Of a DNA stretch of 64,000 bases, positions 62,230 through 64,000 are shown in pieces; the stretch's first letter is position 1; the number at the start of each line of letters is the position of its first letter. The position numbers and the translations under genes were made by a program. Source of the stretch: Ostrea edulis (lineage: Eukaryota); the NCBI RefSeq assembly GCF_947568905.1, contig NC_079172.1:49662001-49726000 (forward strand), written 5' to 3'. The notes beneath the pieces are model-generated. The model was not told the DNA's origin, ran no database searches, and saw only the letters and a program-made list of their open reading frames with translations.

Positions 62230-62580
62230 CTACATAAGAAATAAAATCTGTAATAACATGTGCCACTATTATGCACTTGCACTATGTTTATCACTTACAA
62301 ATGTTGTGGCCAAGTTACAGAAAACTTAGGTACATACATGTATCCCAATCAATTATGATACAGACCCTGAAGCGTAGTACTACACCAAATGAGTCATTCC
62401 ATTACTGTTCCATTCTTGACTAGAATCGTTCTATTACCAGACCAAACTATTCCGTTCAAACTGTGCAGTGTTCCATTCCCAGACAAACTACTCCATTCTC
62501 ATCTAAAACCATTCATTCCTAACCATTTGTTCATGCATGGTCATCCATTGTTGGTTGTGAATTGTTTGTACTTATGGCAT

Positions 62581-62725
62581 TTGAGCTAGGAGGGATCTTT
62601 ATCATGCCACACCTGCTGTGACATAGGGCCTCAGTATTTGCAGTCTCATTCGAAGGACTGCCCAATTTAGTAGCCTCTTATGACAATTAAGATGTACTGA
62701 CGACCTGTTCTAACCCAGATCTCCA
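62581..62725 (-). mobile_element. SINE-like repeat fragment
   Basis: agggatctttatcatgccacacctgctgtgaca...ttctaacccagatct. Confidence 0.55.
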
Positions 62726-64000
62726 TGCTCATTTGGAACTCAGCTAGCATTATCAAGCACTGTTGACCATCATGGCACTCAGTCAGGGATGAAGAAGACG
62801 AAATAAATTTGTTGATGAAAAGAGCAAAAACAATTGCGCAGTTGGAGTTTTTTTCTGGATCGAATAGCAAAGGGGTTTTGGACCCCCCCCCCCCCCCCCC
62901 CCACCACCACCACCACCACAAAAAAAAACAAAAACAAGAAAGAAAAAAAAAAAAAAAAAACAGATATGCCCCCCATGGTGCAAAATTGAAAAGGGTTATA
63001 ATACATGCATCATTTAATTGATAGTAGTGCCAAAATAATTCAAGATATTGAGCGGACAATATCTTCCTATGTCCAGAGTGGATTGATTATTGCATGACCA
63101 TATGACCTAAAAATAAAAAGGGGTCATCTATTCCTCAGGAAGTACCAGTGTACCAAGTTTGGTGTCAATCAAGCAAATGATTCTTATCAAAAACATATAA
63201 GAGACAATATTACATATTACTAAGTCTAATTTCACCCTTGACCTTTGACCATGTTAACCCAAAATTAATATGGGTCTGACACCTTAAACTTGATTTTGTT
63301 GAATAGGTTTCCACATCATCTACAATTTTTGTTTTACAATAAGTGACAAAACATTTTCAGTTTTCGACATATATAATACATGTATATATACATGTATATA
63401 AATGTATATACTTGTATAATATATGTATGATATATCTAGTTTTAGGGGCCAGCTTCTAAATTCCTTGATATAAGCAAGACAAAATTTGATGGTGGCATAT
63501 TGTTTATAGCTAATCCTTGTCTGGTGTTTAAGCAAGTGATGAAGTGTTGCATCTCCTTTTGTACAGCACAGCAAATCTTTTAAATTTTGAACTAATGCAG
63601 GCAACTTTTTTGAACTCGAATGTGTCAAATACTCGGGATATGTCAAAGTGAGTTGCTAGTCCCCTTTATGATTCGGGAAACCTTGGGTATCTTGTACAGG
63701 AAAAGTTAAAATTTCAGTTCCAAGCACAATATTTATCTGATTTATTTATATTGCAATCAGGCTAATTTTCCACATTGTTGAACATAATGGTATATCAGGT
63801 GGGAGATTACCCAACACATCTCAAAGTCTGTCAAAATTCACACTTTTGAAAAGAACGGACTTGATTCCATGATTCTTGATTTTGTTGAATAAACATTGTA
63901 TTAAACTGGTCTACCATATTAAAATGACTTGTATGCTGTATTCATTCTGATTGTTGCACATTTTATTTTTCCTTTGTTTAATAATAGCCTGTATTCATCC

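Noticed and set aside
62667-63059. Poly-G/F/W/H ORFs
   Set aside because: Homopolymer and (cca)n microsatellite runs in an intron.

Overview
Eukaryotic, AT-rich and very repeat-dense genomic DNA. The repeat families and gene content point to a bivalve, probably an oyster (inference). Three host genes were reconstructed by hand from splice sites. Two are tandem + strand paralogous S1A (chymotrypsin-fold) serine protease genes: 781-5543 (5' part outside the window) and ~20728-31090. The third is the 3' half of an alpha-catenin gene on the - strand (62229->48565), which includes a 21-nt microexon. The rest is a nested transposon landscape: a near-intact 7.5-kb Gypsy LTR retrotransposon (35880-43386) inside a TTAA-flanked Kolobok-type element, which itself splits a CR1/L2 RT; a decayed second Gypsy; a mariner; an Academ-type and a Mutator-type non-autonomous element; many Penelope-like fragments; SINEs; Helentron-associated satellite-bearing elements; DIRS and RTE remnants; and a dismembered DUF6589-like transposase. 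The most interesting signals are the unusual loop insertions, dibasic sites and Cys pattern of the proteases, and three features of the Gypsy: a chromodomain-like tail, a long RNaseH-integrase spacer, and a missing polypurine tract framed by a hairpin. No database searches were run. Family names rest on recognised motifs, and the boundaries of degraded repeats are approximate.
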